64,000 bases of DNA, taken from contig JAUVDV010000004.1 in the NCBI GenBank assembly GCA_030595125.1, positions 15,907 to 79,906 on the forward strand. The letters run 5' to 3'. Every line of letters begins with the position of its first letter. Positions within the stretch are counted from its first letter, which is position 1. The notes below the pieces were generated by a model. It did not search any database. It was given only the letters and a program-made list of their open reading frames with translations, and was not told the origin of the DNA. Position numbers and translations under genes: made by a program. Of the stretch, positions 36,722 through 46,900 are shown piece after piece. The stretch is from Deltaproteobacteria bacterium. GTDB lineage: Bacteria > Myxococcota_A > Polyangia > JAAYKL01.

Positions 36722-37773
36722 CGGAACCAGGTGACAGGCACTGGGAGCGTTTTCCCAAGACACGCTACGCGGGCTCCAAGCGAAAACTGCTGCCCTTGCT
36801 CGCGAACGTGCTTCGCAAACTGGAGTTCGACACGGCCCTGGATCCCTTCTGCGGTACGGGTTCGGTGGCATATCTACTCAAGTGCCTGGGAGCCGAAGTG
36901 ACCGCCAGTGACGCGCTCGAGTCCAATGTCGTGGCTGCCCGCGCGCTGATCCAGAACTCCACAGAAACGCTGGGGGACGAGATCGAAGCGCTGGTTTCCG
37001 GCCTCCCCACATCCGACGGTCCGATCGGGATCGTGGAGCGCGTCTTCGATGAAATCTTCTTCGAACGCCACGAGAATCGGTTCGTAGACCAGATCCTGCC
37101 GAGGATTGACAAGCTCCACGGGGCAAGGCGCGATCTTGCGATGTACTCCCTCTTCCAGGCGTGCCTGGCCAAGCGACCGTACAACCTGTTCCACCGGGCC
37201 AACCTTGCAATGCGCACAAGAGACGTGGCCCGCTCGTTCGGAAACAAGGTTACCTGGGACACTCCGTTCAATGTTCATATGAAGCGTTACGCCACGGCGG
37301 CTGACGCAGCCGTGTTCGACTCCGGACGAGCCTGTCGAGCTGTCTGTTCCAGTGCGCTGGATATGGATCCGACGGGCTGCGACCTGGTCTATATCGACCC
37401 GCCGTATGTTTCTTCAAAGGGCGCAGGAGTGGACTACCTGGACTATTATCATTTCCTCGAAGGGCTGTGCGATCCCGAAAACTGGGAAGAGCGCGTTCTC
37501 ATGAAGTACAAGCACCGGCCTCTGCAAGGGCGGGGACAAAATCCGTGGTGTGACCCGGCCGGAATAATCGGAGCGTTCGAGGAGACCATCAAGAGGTTCT
37601 GCGGATCAATCCTTCTGATCTCGTACCGCTCCGACGGGATCCCGGGAATAGACGAGATCGCCGGTTTCCTCAAACACGCCGGAAAGCACGTGGAGATCGT
37701 GGACGCCGGCGAATACGTGTACGCTCTCAGCAGGAACAGGAGATCGAGAGAGATCGTGCTGGTCGGTCGTTGA
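36718..37773 (+). CDS. D12-class N6-adenine DNA methyltransferase (Dam/FokI-like), orphan
   Basis: Start ATG 36718 overlapping the PAP2 stop (ATGA); RYAGSKRKLL, DPFCGTGSV, LVYIDPPY. Confidence 0.88.
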   Translation: MTEPGDRHWERFPKTRYAGSKRKLLPLLANVLRKLEFDTALDPFCGTGSVAYLLKCLGAEVTASDALESNVVAARALIQNSTETLGDEIEALVSGLPTSDGPIGIVERVFDEIFFERHENRFVDQILPRIDKLHGARRDLAMYSLFQACLAKRPYNLFHRANLAMRTRDVARSFGNKVTWDTPFNVHMKRYATAADAAVFDSGRACRAVCSSALDMDPTGCDLVYIDPPYVSSKGAGVDYLDYYHFLEGLCDPENWEERVLMKYKHRPLQGRGQNPWCDPAGIIGAFEETIKRFCGSILLISYRSDGIPGIDEIAGFLKHAGKHVEIVDAGEYVYALSRNRRSREIVLVGR

Positions 37774-37804
37774 GGCACCCTCTGGTGCGGAAAGGAAAAG
37801 GCGA

Positions 37805-38785
37805 ATGAGCGAAAAGGATACTACCTTCGACAGGCTTCAGGAGCGCCTCTGGAGTTTCGCCGAGCATCGGGTGATCACCGTCGCCGGAAAGACGGGAATC
37901 CTTGCGGAGCTGGCGAACGGCCCTGTTGCGATCGAGTCAATGGCACAAAAACTGGGCCTCGCTGCGATGCCCACGGGCAAGATCGTCCGCGCGCTGACCG
38001 CCCTCGGACTGGCCGAACCCGCCGGTGACGAATATGCGCTCGTGAGCGGGCTGAAAGAGATCTTTGCTCCGGGACCTCGTGATTTCACCCCTTTCCTCGA
38101 ACATTCCCACTTCATGTACGACCGCTGGGGACAGAGCCTGGAACCGTGGTTGCGCGGTGAAAAATGGGAAACACAGAAGCGAGACCCCGCCGGGATAAGG
38201 CTCTTCGACGAAGCCATGAAGGCAATGGGAGGCCAGATAGCGAGGCGAGCCGCCGATCTCATGGATCTGACCCGTGTCGAGAAGATGCTCGACGTGGGCG
38301 GAGGAACCGGAACGTACGCCATCGAGTTTGCGAAACGAGCGCCGAACCTCAAGGCCGTCGTCCTCGACATGCCCGAGGTCGCCGAGCACGGCAGGGAGCT
38401 GGGCAAAAACACAGACATATCCGATCGCGTGGAGTTCACGGGAGGCGACTACATGGATCCTCAATGCTACGGAGAGGGCCACGATCTGGTGCTCCTGGCA
38501 AACGTACTCCACCAGGAGACCGTCGAACGAGCGTCAACAATGGTCCGACTGGGGGCCGAGGCCCTTTCACCGGGAGGAATGCTGGCGGTGATCGATTTCT
38601 CCATCGACGAGAAACGCCGCGAGAACATCCTGGGCACTCTCTTCGCCATCAACATGCGATCGTTCGGCGACACCTATCCGGAATCGGTCATCCACGGGTG
38701 GTTCTCGGATGCAGGGCTCGGGGACCACGGCCGGATCGACATTGATCCCCACCGCTGGATCCTGTACGCGAACAAGCCCGCCTGA
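37805..38785 (+). CDS. SAM-dependent O-methyltransferase family 2 with an N-terminal dimerisation domain
   Basis: Winged-helix-like N-terminus, MLDVGGGTG, VEFTGGDY, LANVLH. Confidence 0.88.
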   Translation: MSEKDTTFDRLQERLWSFAEHRVITVAGKTGILAELANGPVAIESMAQKLGLAAMPTGKIVRALTALGLAEPAGDEYALVSGLKEIFAPGPRDFTPFLEHSHFMYDRWGQSLEPWLRGEKWETQKRDPAGIRLFDEAMKAMGGQIARRAADLMDLTRVEKMLDVGGGTGTYAIEFAKRAPNLKAVVLDMPEVAEHGRELGKNTDISDRVEFTGGDYMDPQCYGEGHDLVLLANVLHQETVERASTMVRLGAEALSPGGMLAVIDFSIDEKRRENILGTLFAINMRSFGDTYPESVIHGWFSDAGLGDHGRIDIDPHRWILYANKPA

Positions 38786-38811
38786 CACGTCTCCACCAAA
38801 AAGCCGCTTTT

Positions 38812-38841
38812 TTGCCCAATGGTAGGCTGGTGTAGTATAAA
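38812..38841 (+). promoter_or_regulatory. Putative sigma70 promoter giving a leaderless transcript
   Basis: TTGCCC-18 nt-TATAAA ends 7 nt before ATG 38849; no SD. Confidence 0.45.
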
Positions 38842-38848
38842 GTACTAC

Positions 38849-40024
38849 ATGAGACCCAAACTGCATTTAACGGTCGTAACAGCAGCCATGATCATCTTTT
38901 GCTGTCACGCAAACGCCGAGCCGGACCCTTCTCCGAGCCCTTCTCCCATCGCACCCGTGCACACTGTTTACCCGAACAACGGCATCGATCTTCCGGTAGC
39001 CACAGAACCCGCCGGCTCGGAGCTCACCGAAAAAGGGCGCAACATCAGAGGCCTGTATGTACCGTATCCGAAGCTTCGTTCCTGGAAAGCGAGGCGACTT
39101 GTCCGATGGGTCAAGGAGATCGGCGCCAATGCGGTAATCCTGGACATCAAGGACGACCGGGGCAGGATCACCTTCACCCGGGAACTACCTCACACGAAGG
39201 GATACGCGCACGGCGAAGTAAGGCGCATGGCCAGGATCGTCAAGGCCCTCAAGGAGGAAGACATCTATGTGATCGGTCGGCTGGTGTGTTTCAAGGACAA
39301 CCAACTGGTGAGAGTGAGGCCCGACGCGGCCATTCGAGATCGCAGGACCGGAAAACCGTGGAGGGATCGGGGCGATCTCGCGTGGGTTGATCCCCACTCG
39401 GAAGTGGCCCACGAACACATTGTCAATGTGGCGAAGGCGGCGGCGGCGATCGGTTTCCAGGAAATCCAACTCGACTACATTCGCTTTCCCGTGGAGAACT
39501 CTGCCAGATACGCCGACTACCCGAACCGCGTGGGTTCACCCGAACGCTACGAGGCCATCGCGAAGGTCCTTTCAAAAGTCGATCACGCGATAGCTATTCC
39601 GCTCTCCATCGACGTGTTCGGCCTCACGGCCTATCACCCCGGCGATGAGGATGGGCTCGGACAATCTCTGGAACACCTGGCTCCGTACATCGATGCAATA
39701 TCTCCCATGGTCTACCTTGCCAACTGGCCCAAGCGGTATTGGGAATACCCCAAACCATCGAAGACTCACGCCCTTGTGAGCGGAGCGGTTCGCCGGATTC
39801 GCCTTCGCCTGGGCGATGATATCGCTGTCAGGCCGCTCCTCCAAGCATTCAAGTGGCGAGCCAAGAACTTCTCGAGACACTTCATAGTCAATCAGATCGA
39901 TGCGGCCACAACTGGAGGATCGTCGGGCTATCTCTTCTGGAACCAGAGTGGCAACTATCACAAGGTCGCCGCCGTGTGGAAGTATGACGAACGAAAAAGG
40001 GAGCAGAATAAAGCTACGCCGTAA
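38849..40024 (+). CDS. Secreted putative glycoside hydrolase (DUF4015-like TIM barrel)
   Basis: Signal peptide; RGLYV, NAVILDIKDDRG, GRLVCFKD, WVDP, GFQEIQLDYIRFP, SIDVFG, DAISPMVY. Confidence 0.8.
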   Translation: MRPKLHLTVVTAAMIIFCCHANAEPDPSPSPSPIAPVHTVYPNNGIDLPVATEPAGSELTEKGRNIRGLYVPYPKLRSWKARRLVRWVKEIGANAVILDIKDDRGRITFTRELPHTKGYAHGEVRRMARIVKALKEEDIYVIGRLVCFKDNQLVRVRPDAAIRDRRTGKPWRDRGDLAWVDPHSEVAHEHIVNVAKAAAAIGFQEIQLDYIRFPVENSARYADYPNRVGSPERYEAIAKVLSKVDHAIAIPLSIDVFGLTAYHPGDEDGLGQSLEHLAPYIDAISPMVYLANWPKRYWEYPKPSKTHALVSGAVRRIRLRLGDDIAVRPLLQAFKWRAKNFSRHFIVNQIDAATTGGSSGYLFWNQSGNYHKVAAVWKYDERKREQNKATP

Positions 40025-40295
40025 GGACCCCGCCGATCTTTTTGTTTATTTCTTCTTCGATCTTGGGTTTCAGGATCTTGGCAAGCATGCCGAGGGTCAA
40101 CTCGACGGACAGGTTGGAATCGGTAATCTTTAGCACGCCCTTCTTGACGCCGGCGCCATCAAGCAGGCATGTGTCTCCATCCCAGCGACTACGAATTCCG
40201 TATTTCTTTTTCAGATCAGCAGCAAGCTCGTCCAGGCGACCCTTGAGGATTCCCGTGTCCATGCTGTGATCCCGGGAGATGGTTATGTCGGCCAT
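40014..40295 (-). CDS. Polyhydroxyalkanoic acid system family protein (PHA_gran_rgn-like)
   Basis: 93 aa MADITISRDH...LAADLKKKYGIRSRWDGD...GAGVKKG...VELTLGML; AAGGA SD. Confidence 0.8.
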   Translation of the reverse strand: MADITISRDHSMDTGILKGRLDELAADLKKKYGIRSRWDGDTCLLDGAGVKKGVLKITDSNLSVELTLGMLAKILKPKIEEEINKKIGGVLTA

Positions 40296-40369
40296 TTGTG
40301 TTTCCTTTCGATTTGACCCCGCCACGGCCAGCTTTGACCGGCGGATGATACACGGATGGACTGGATTCC

Positions 40370-40945
40370 TCAACGGAGGATTTCGAGGGTCTCTTCCAAC
40401 ATCCCGAGGTTGATGTCCTGCGCGCGGATGCCGCGCCCGCGAACGAGCTTCACGCGTGCAAACGGTTTGGGCAACGAGTACTTGTCCCAGGCTTTCTTGA
40501 ACACCCACGCCCTGGACGCATGAGTAATAATGGGAACGATGATCGCCCCGGTCTCCCTGGCCGCAGTTATCGCGCCGGGTTTTACCTTGTGGAAAGGACC
40601 CCTCGGGCCGTCGACGGCAAAGGCGGCATCGGCCCCGTTTTCCATTTCGCGAATCAGGGTCTTGAGCCCAGCGGCCCCGCCGTGACTGGAGGATCCGCGC
40701 GTCACGATGAAACCCAGCCTGGTGAGAATGTGAGATTGAAGTTCACCGTCCGCAGAGAGTGACGACATCACGACAACCGGGCGCGGCCGGGGGTGCGCCA
40801 GGAGACCCGCCTGATCGCCGTGCCAGAAACAGAAGATGATCGGGCCGGATCCGTAATCCGGCTCTGGCCCGGCCAGTTCCAGCCTCCATGTCAATCGCAA
40901 CAGTCTGACGAACGCGGCGGCCAGAAACGCGAGAACGATCCTCAC
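40370..40945 (-). CDS. DUF374 lysophospholipid-acyltransferase-family protein (family includes LpxJ)
   Basis: FCFWHGDQ, SSLSADGE, RGSSSHGG, VDGPRGP, PKPFAR. Start approximate, just after the giant TPR gene stop. Confidence 0.85.
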   Translation of the reverse strand: MRIVLAFLAAAFVRLLRLTWRLELAGPEPDYGSGPIIFCFWHGDQAGLLAHPRPRPVVVMSSLSADGELQSHILTRLGFIVTRGSSSHGGAAGLKTLIREMENGADAAFAVDGPRGPFHKVKPGAITAARETGAIIVPIITHASRAWVFKKAWDKYSLPKPFARVKLVRGRGIRAQDINLGMLEETLEILR

Positions 40946-40955
40946 AACTACCAAA

Positions 40956-43900
40956 TCAGCACTTGGAAAGACCGTCCTTGCACCCCTCGTGGCCATTGTT
41001 CTCGTCGAGGCCGCGCTGGAACATTCCCTTGGCCTTGCGTGCGTCCCCCTTCTTGAGGGAAATGTCGCCCACGTACCAGTAGATATCGGCCTTGTCCACT
41101 CCGGCGCTGCTGTCGAAACGCTGTAGCAGGAGGGCACGGAAGAGCTTGATTGCCTTGTCCCAATCTTCGCGATCGTAGTGAAGTTTTCCCAGGCTGATGA
41201 GCACCTCGGTGTTGGAGATATCCATCTTGTAGGCGCTCTCGAGATGTTCGAGGGACTTGTCCTGATCCCCTCTCGACAGGTAGGCCTTGGCCAGTCGCTG
41301 ATGATAAACGGCCGCCCCTTTTGAGCGCCTCTTGCCGCCCAGGGTTTCCGCTTCGATGAGTGACTCGATTACGGGGATTGCTTCATCCTCGCGTCCGGCA
41401 GCGATGTATCCATCCGAGAGCTTGAGCATCACGTCCTTGTTGGACTTGTCCATCTCGTGGGCACGCTCCAGGCTCGCAACCGCTCCCGCCGCATCCCCGA
41501 GGGGTCCGGACTGGAGATCGGCGATCTCCAGCAGCTTGGCCACCTTCTCGCCGTCGGTTTCCAGATTCATCTCCTGGCGCATGAGCGCTTCCCAGAGGCC
41601 GTCGTTGTCGCCTCTCTTGCGGCAGTATTCTACCAGGGAATCATTGGCTCCCACGTGCCCGGGATTGAGTTCAACAGCCTTGCGAAGCTCCGCGATAGCG
41701 CCGTCCTCGTCGTTGAGATGACTCTCGTTCAGCCGGGCAAGGCGGAAGTGAACTTCTGCCTGATCCGGGCCACCGCGACCGGTTTGCGCGGCCTTCCGAA
41801 GCACTTCTGCTACACGATCCCAGTCCTCGTTGGCCTCGTAGAGACCGGCGAGGGCCGCCAATGCTCTTGTATGCTCGGGATCCTGCTCGAGGACGCGCTC
41901 GTAAATATCGGTCGCCCGATCCGGGTCGGACAGCTGCCCGTCCCATATCTCCCCTATGCGTACGAGGAGGGTGAGCTCGGACTCGACGTTGCCCTGGTCA
42001 CGTGCCCTGTCAGCCCGGCCCTCCAGCATCTCCACGAGATCCTGCCAGCGCTCGGTCTTCGAGTAGATGCGCTCCAGGTCAGCGTTTGCCTGGTCGTCCT
42101 GCGGATCGATCATGAGGACTTCCTGCAGGTGACCGGTGGCTTCATCCGGATCGTCGAAGCGTTGCTCAGCCAACATCGCCAGGCTTCGTAGAACCTCAAC
42201 ACGCGCGCGTTCGTCCGTGGCGTTGTCAAGCTTCTGCATGTAGAGATCCTGCAAGTCTTTCCAGCGCTCGAGTTTCTGGTAAAGCAAGTCGAGCTGGGAG
42301 ATGGCAACCTCGTCCGTTGAATCCATATCCAGAACGTCGCGCAACACGTCTACGGCCTTGGCCGGCGTTTCAAGTGGACCCAGGAACAGCGTAGCCGCCT
42401 GGTGTCTGAACCCGTTCGCCTCGGTGGGATCGACTGTGTTATGACCCCGCGCGAGTAGCAACTCCACCATGGATTTGTAATCCCCCGCATCCTCCGTAAG
42501 TGCGATCAGGGCGTCCAGAGCGTCGATGTCCGCCTCGTCCAGATCGAGCACCTCTTTGAAAATACCGATAGCTCGATCTACGTCCCCGAGCTCGAACTGG
42601 GCTATTTTGGCCGCCTGGAACAGCACATCTTTCTTGGCGGCGAAATCGTAGGTAATCTGCGCTTTTACCTTGAGAGCAGGCAGCAGATCCTCGAAGCGGC
42701 CCAGGCCGCGCAACAGCTCCACCAGCGCATCGATCGCGCCTTGATGCTCGGGCTCCCGCTCCAGCACGGCGCGGTATCTGGCCTCGGCCATCCTCGGATC
42801 TCCGACCTTGGTAGAGGCCCAATCGGCTATCTTCAGTCCGAGCTCCACCTGGGCGGAAGGATCAAGGCGATCGCCGTCGAGCGCCTTCTGAGCGGCTGTC
42901 ACCAGCGCGGACCAGCTCCCGAGATCGTCGGCGAGACGCTCCAGCTCGTGGAGGAGACTCTCCTCGTCGGGGGCAACGGCAAATGCTCTGGCGTAGGCGT
43001 CGAAAGCGGCGCCCGGATCACCGAGGACTTCCTCGTTGTGGACAGCCAACTCACCGAGGAGCCGTACGCGATCTGCACCGTCCTCGGCCACCCGGAGACG
43101 GGCGTCGAACAGAGGACCGATCTTGTGCCGCTCCTCCCGCATCTCGTAGACAGGCCCAAGTATTTCCACCACGTCCTCGACAAAATCGTCCTTCTCCAGC
43201 AGAACCTCGATCGCGCTAATTGCCTCATCGTTTTCGTATGACGCCTCCAGAACATCCCGGTAGGCGTTTATAGCTCCGGCAAAATCACCGAACTCCCGTT
43301 CGCGAATTACACCCTGACGGATCTTCAGGCGATTGATGTCGGCGGTATCGCTGTATAGCTGTAGCTCTTGCTCGATCACCTCGTCGAGCTCGGTCCACAT
43401 CTGCTCCCTTTCGTAAAGTCGGTCCAGCGCGGATATGACAGCCTTGTCAGTCCCTCCACCGTCTAAAATGCGCCTGTACGCCTCGATCGCGCCCCGGGCG
43501 TCACCCAGATGAACTTCCATGATTTCGCCCAGCCTTTTCAGGATGGATCGCTCCACCTCGGCATCGAAAGCATCCTGCGCACGCTCCTCGTACACCCCGG
43601 CGAGTTTCTTCCACAGTTGCCCGGCGCCGGCGATTCTCTCCAGCGCCTCCATTACCTCCACCCTGGACGAATCCTCAGACAGGGCACGGGCGTACACGTC
43701 AAAAGCCGCTTCCGGATCGGAAAGACCGATTTCGTGGAGCTCCGCCAACGTCAGAAGCTGGGTGAAACGCTCCGCTGGATCTTCCATGACCTCTAGTTTG
43801 AGCTCCAGGATCCGCGCCAGACTGTCGTTCCGGGAGGCTTCCCGGTGCAAAGGCTCCAGGACATCGATGGCCCGTGCCCTTACCGACTCGTCCGCAGCCA

Positions 43901-46900
43901 GGCGTTCCAGAGCCGCAATTGCACCGGCGTGGGTCGGCTGCTGGGCGAGCACATCGCGGTAACTATCGATGGCCCCCTCCAGATCGGACAGCTCCTTCTC
44001 CTGCAACTCACCGATACGGACGCCAACGTCCACCCACATGGCCTGGTCCTTGACGATCTCCTTTTGCAAAATGAGGTTGTCCAGCAACTCCGTGTGCATT
44101 GACTCCTTTGTATAGAGTCGATCCAGCGCCGCCACCGCCTGCGCATCCATCGAGTCCTCCTCGAGCACAGCGCGCCAAGACGTGATTGCCTCGAACGTCT
44201 CTTCCAGTTTGTCCTCATATATCGGTCCCAGGGATCTGAGAATGTTTATCCGCTCCTCCGGGTCGGTCACCGCATCACAACGCCCGCGCCGCACATCGAT
44301 CAGGTCGATCCATTCCCCGGAAGCTTCGTAGAGCCTCTCGAGGGCGTCCATCACCACGATCGAGGTTGCATCGGCCTCCAGGGCCTGACGGTAGGAATCG
44401 ACCGCGTCCTTCGGGGAGCCCATTAGATCCTCGTAAATGGACGCTTTCGTTCGCAAGATTTCAGCACGATCTTCGGGGGCCTGCGCCAGCGAAGCCTTGC
44501 GCGACAGTATTTCCACCAGACCTTCCCAATCGCCCACCAGGTTGAACAAACCCTCGAGGGCGTCGAGAGCCTCCGCGTCGGTCTCATCGACCTCGATGAC
44601 GGCCCTGTAGGCGTCGATTGCCTTTCGCGGCATGTCGAGGCGCTGATCGTAGGTGCTGCCCAGGATATGCAGCACACCTACTTTGAAGTCCATGTCGTAT
44701 ATTTCTTCCAGGTTGCTATCGAGGGTCGTTGCCAGATCTTCCCAGTTATCTATCCCCTCCGCGAGCCGCATCATTTCGCTCAGAGTTTCTCTGTCTCCGG
44801 GCTCCGAGCTGAACGCCTTGGCGTAGGCGTTGAAGGCCAGCAGGAAGTTCTGACCCCGCTCCTCATGGAGCTTGGCGATTTCCTTGAAAATGGAGACCTT
44901 CCGGGCTGGTGCGTCCTCTACTTCTTCGCGCGTCTTCAAAATTACGATGAGCTTTTTCCATTGATCGGTTTCCCGATAGATGGGCTCCAGAACCTCGGCG
45001 ATGCGTTGACGTTGCTCCTCATTGAGGATCAGGCGCTCCAGTTCGGCGATGGACTGAGGATCGCCATCCTCTTCGCTGATGGCTTCCTCGTAGACATCGA
45101 CAGCGGAAATCATATCGTCGAGATTCTCCTCGAAGACCCTTGCCAATCTGCGCCGAAGCTCGTTTCGATCCGATGCCTCGACGGCCTGATCCACCTGCGC
45201 TCTCAGGTGTACCGTCAGGTCGTCGAAACGTTCTTTCTGGAAAAGAAGTTGATCGAGCGCAGTGGTAGCGCGTTTGTCTTGGCCATCCAGCTGCATCACG
45301 TCGCGGTAAGCATTGATGGCCGCATCGAGATCATTGTTGGAGTTCTGCTGAATGTCTGCAATCTTGAAAAAGAATTCCTTGCGTTGATCCGTATCCAGAG
45401 CCGCGTCTGCGGCGTCGCGATACAGCTCCAGCAGATCCGGCCACGACTCGGTCGCGAGCAACATGCGCTCCACGGCGGAGAACGCCTTGGGATCGTCGGG
45501 AGAGAAAGCCAGAACGCGCAGATAGGACGCCTTGGCATCCTCGGGCAGATCGAGTCGACTCTCGTAGACCTCACCGAGCATGAAAGCCAGCTCCGCCGTA
45601 TCCGGCGTGTCACCGACAACGTCCTCGAGCGCTGCCGAGAAGACCTCCGCCAACCGTTCCCAGTTCTCCAGAACGGACGACAACCTGTTCAGCAATTCCC
45701 AGGATGAACGCTCTTCCACGTCCTCTTGAAACAGCCGCGCGAAGGTCTCGAACGCCTTTTCCAGATTGCCGAGTTGCTCCTCGTAAACGGTCCCGATGGT
45801 CCTGAGCAACTCCTTGCGCTCCATGGGATCGTCACAGTACTGAAGCCGGGCATCAAGGGCCTCTGCCATTTTTGCCCAGTCGCCCTGCTGCTTGTAGACA
45901 GGCTCCAGGATCTCCGCCACCCGACCACGGTGGGCCTCGTCTTCCATCGCGGCCTCAAGGGAATCGATGGTGACCTGGTGGTTGGGATCGAGTTCCAGCG
46001 CGCCGGCGTAGTATTCGAACGCCCGCTCTTCATCGCCCAGTTTGTCGTGGGCGAGCTGACCCAGTCGGTGGAGAAGCTCGACCGGGTTGCCGGTCCCGAG
46101 CTCCACCTGGCGATCGAGCATATCTATCAGGTCGGCCCATCGCTCCGCCTTTGGGTAAAGGCGCTCGAGGGCCTCCATCGCGTCGGAGTTCTCGTCATCG
46201 GATTCCAGTATGGTCTCGTACGTCTGCGTGGCGCCGGAAAGATCTTCCAGATTCACCTCGCACACGCGCGCTTGCTTGAACAAGATCTCCCTGCGAATCT
46301 CATCATCGTCTGCGGTCTGCACCTTCTTGCGATAAATCTCAAATAACTCGAGGTACTGTTCCTGACTCTGGTAGATCTGCTCCAGGGCGTTCATGGCCTG
46401 GACATTCTCTCCATCCATGTCCAGCACCTTCACGTAGTATTCCCGCGCAACGTCCAGATCCTCGAGCATGGTGTGGGCGATCTCGGCAGCCCTCAGGTTG
46501 CACCGAATTTGAAGATCGCCGTCCAGAATATCCGGGCCTACTTCTCTGTACAGGTCCACAAGCCTGTCGAATCCGTCCACACCGGCGGCAAGGCGCTCCA
46601 GGTTGTCTATGAGTGCCTGAAGATCGGGGGAAGCGGTACCGTCTCTGAAAGCTCGTCCCAGCAAGTTGAACGCTCGCTCCATGTCGTCGAGCCCGACCTC
46701 TGCAACTTCGGCAGACTCGCGCAACACCCTTGATCGCTCCAGTGGATCGTCCGCCTCCTTGGCCTGGATCTCGGCGAACTTCAGCAACCTCTCGTAATCG
46801 CCCTCCGCCTCGCAGATGGGCTTGAGGATCTCGATCACCTCGAGTTTCACGGGGCCATCCAGCATCGCCTCCAGTGAAGATCGAGCATCTTTGTGGGAAG

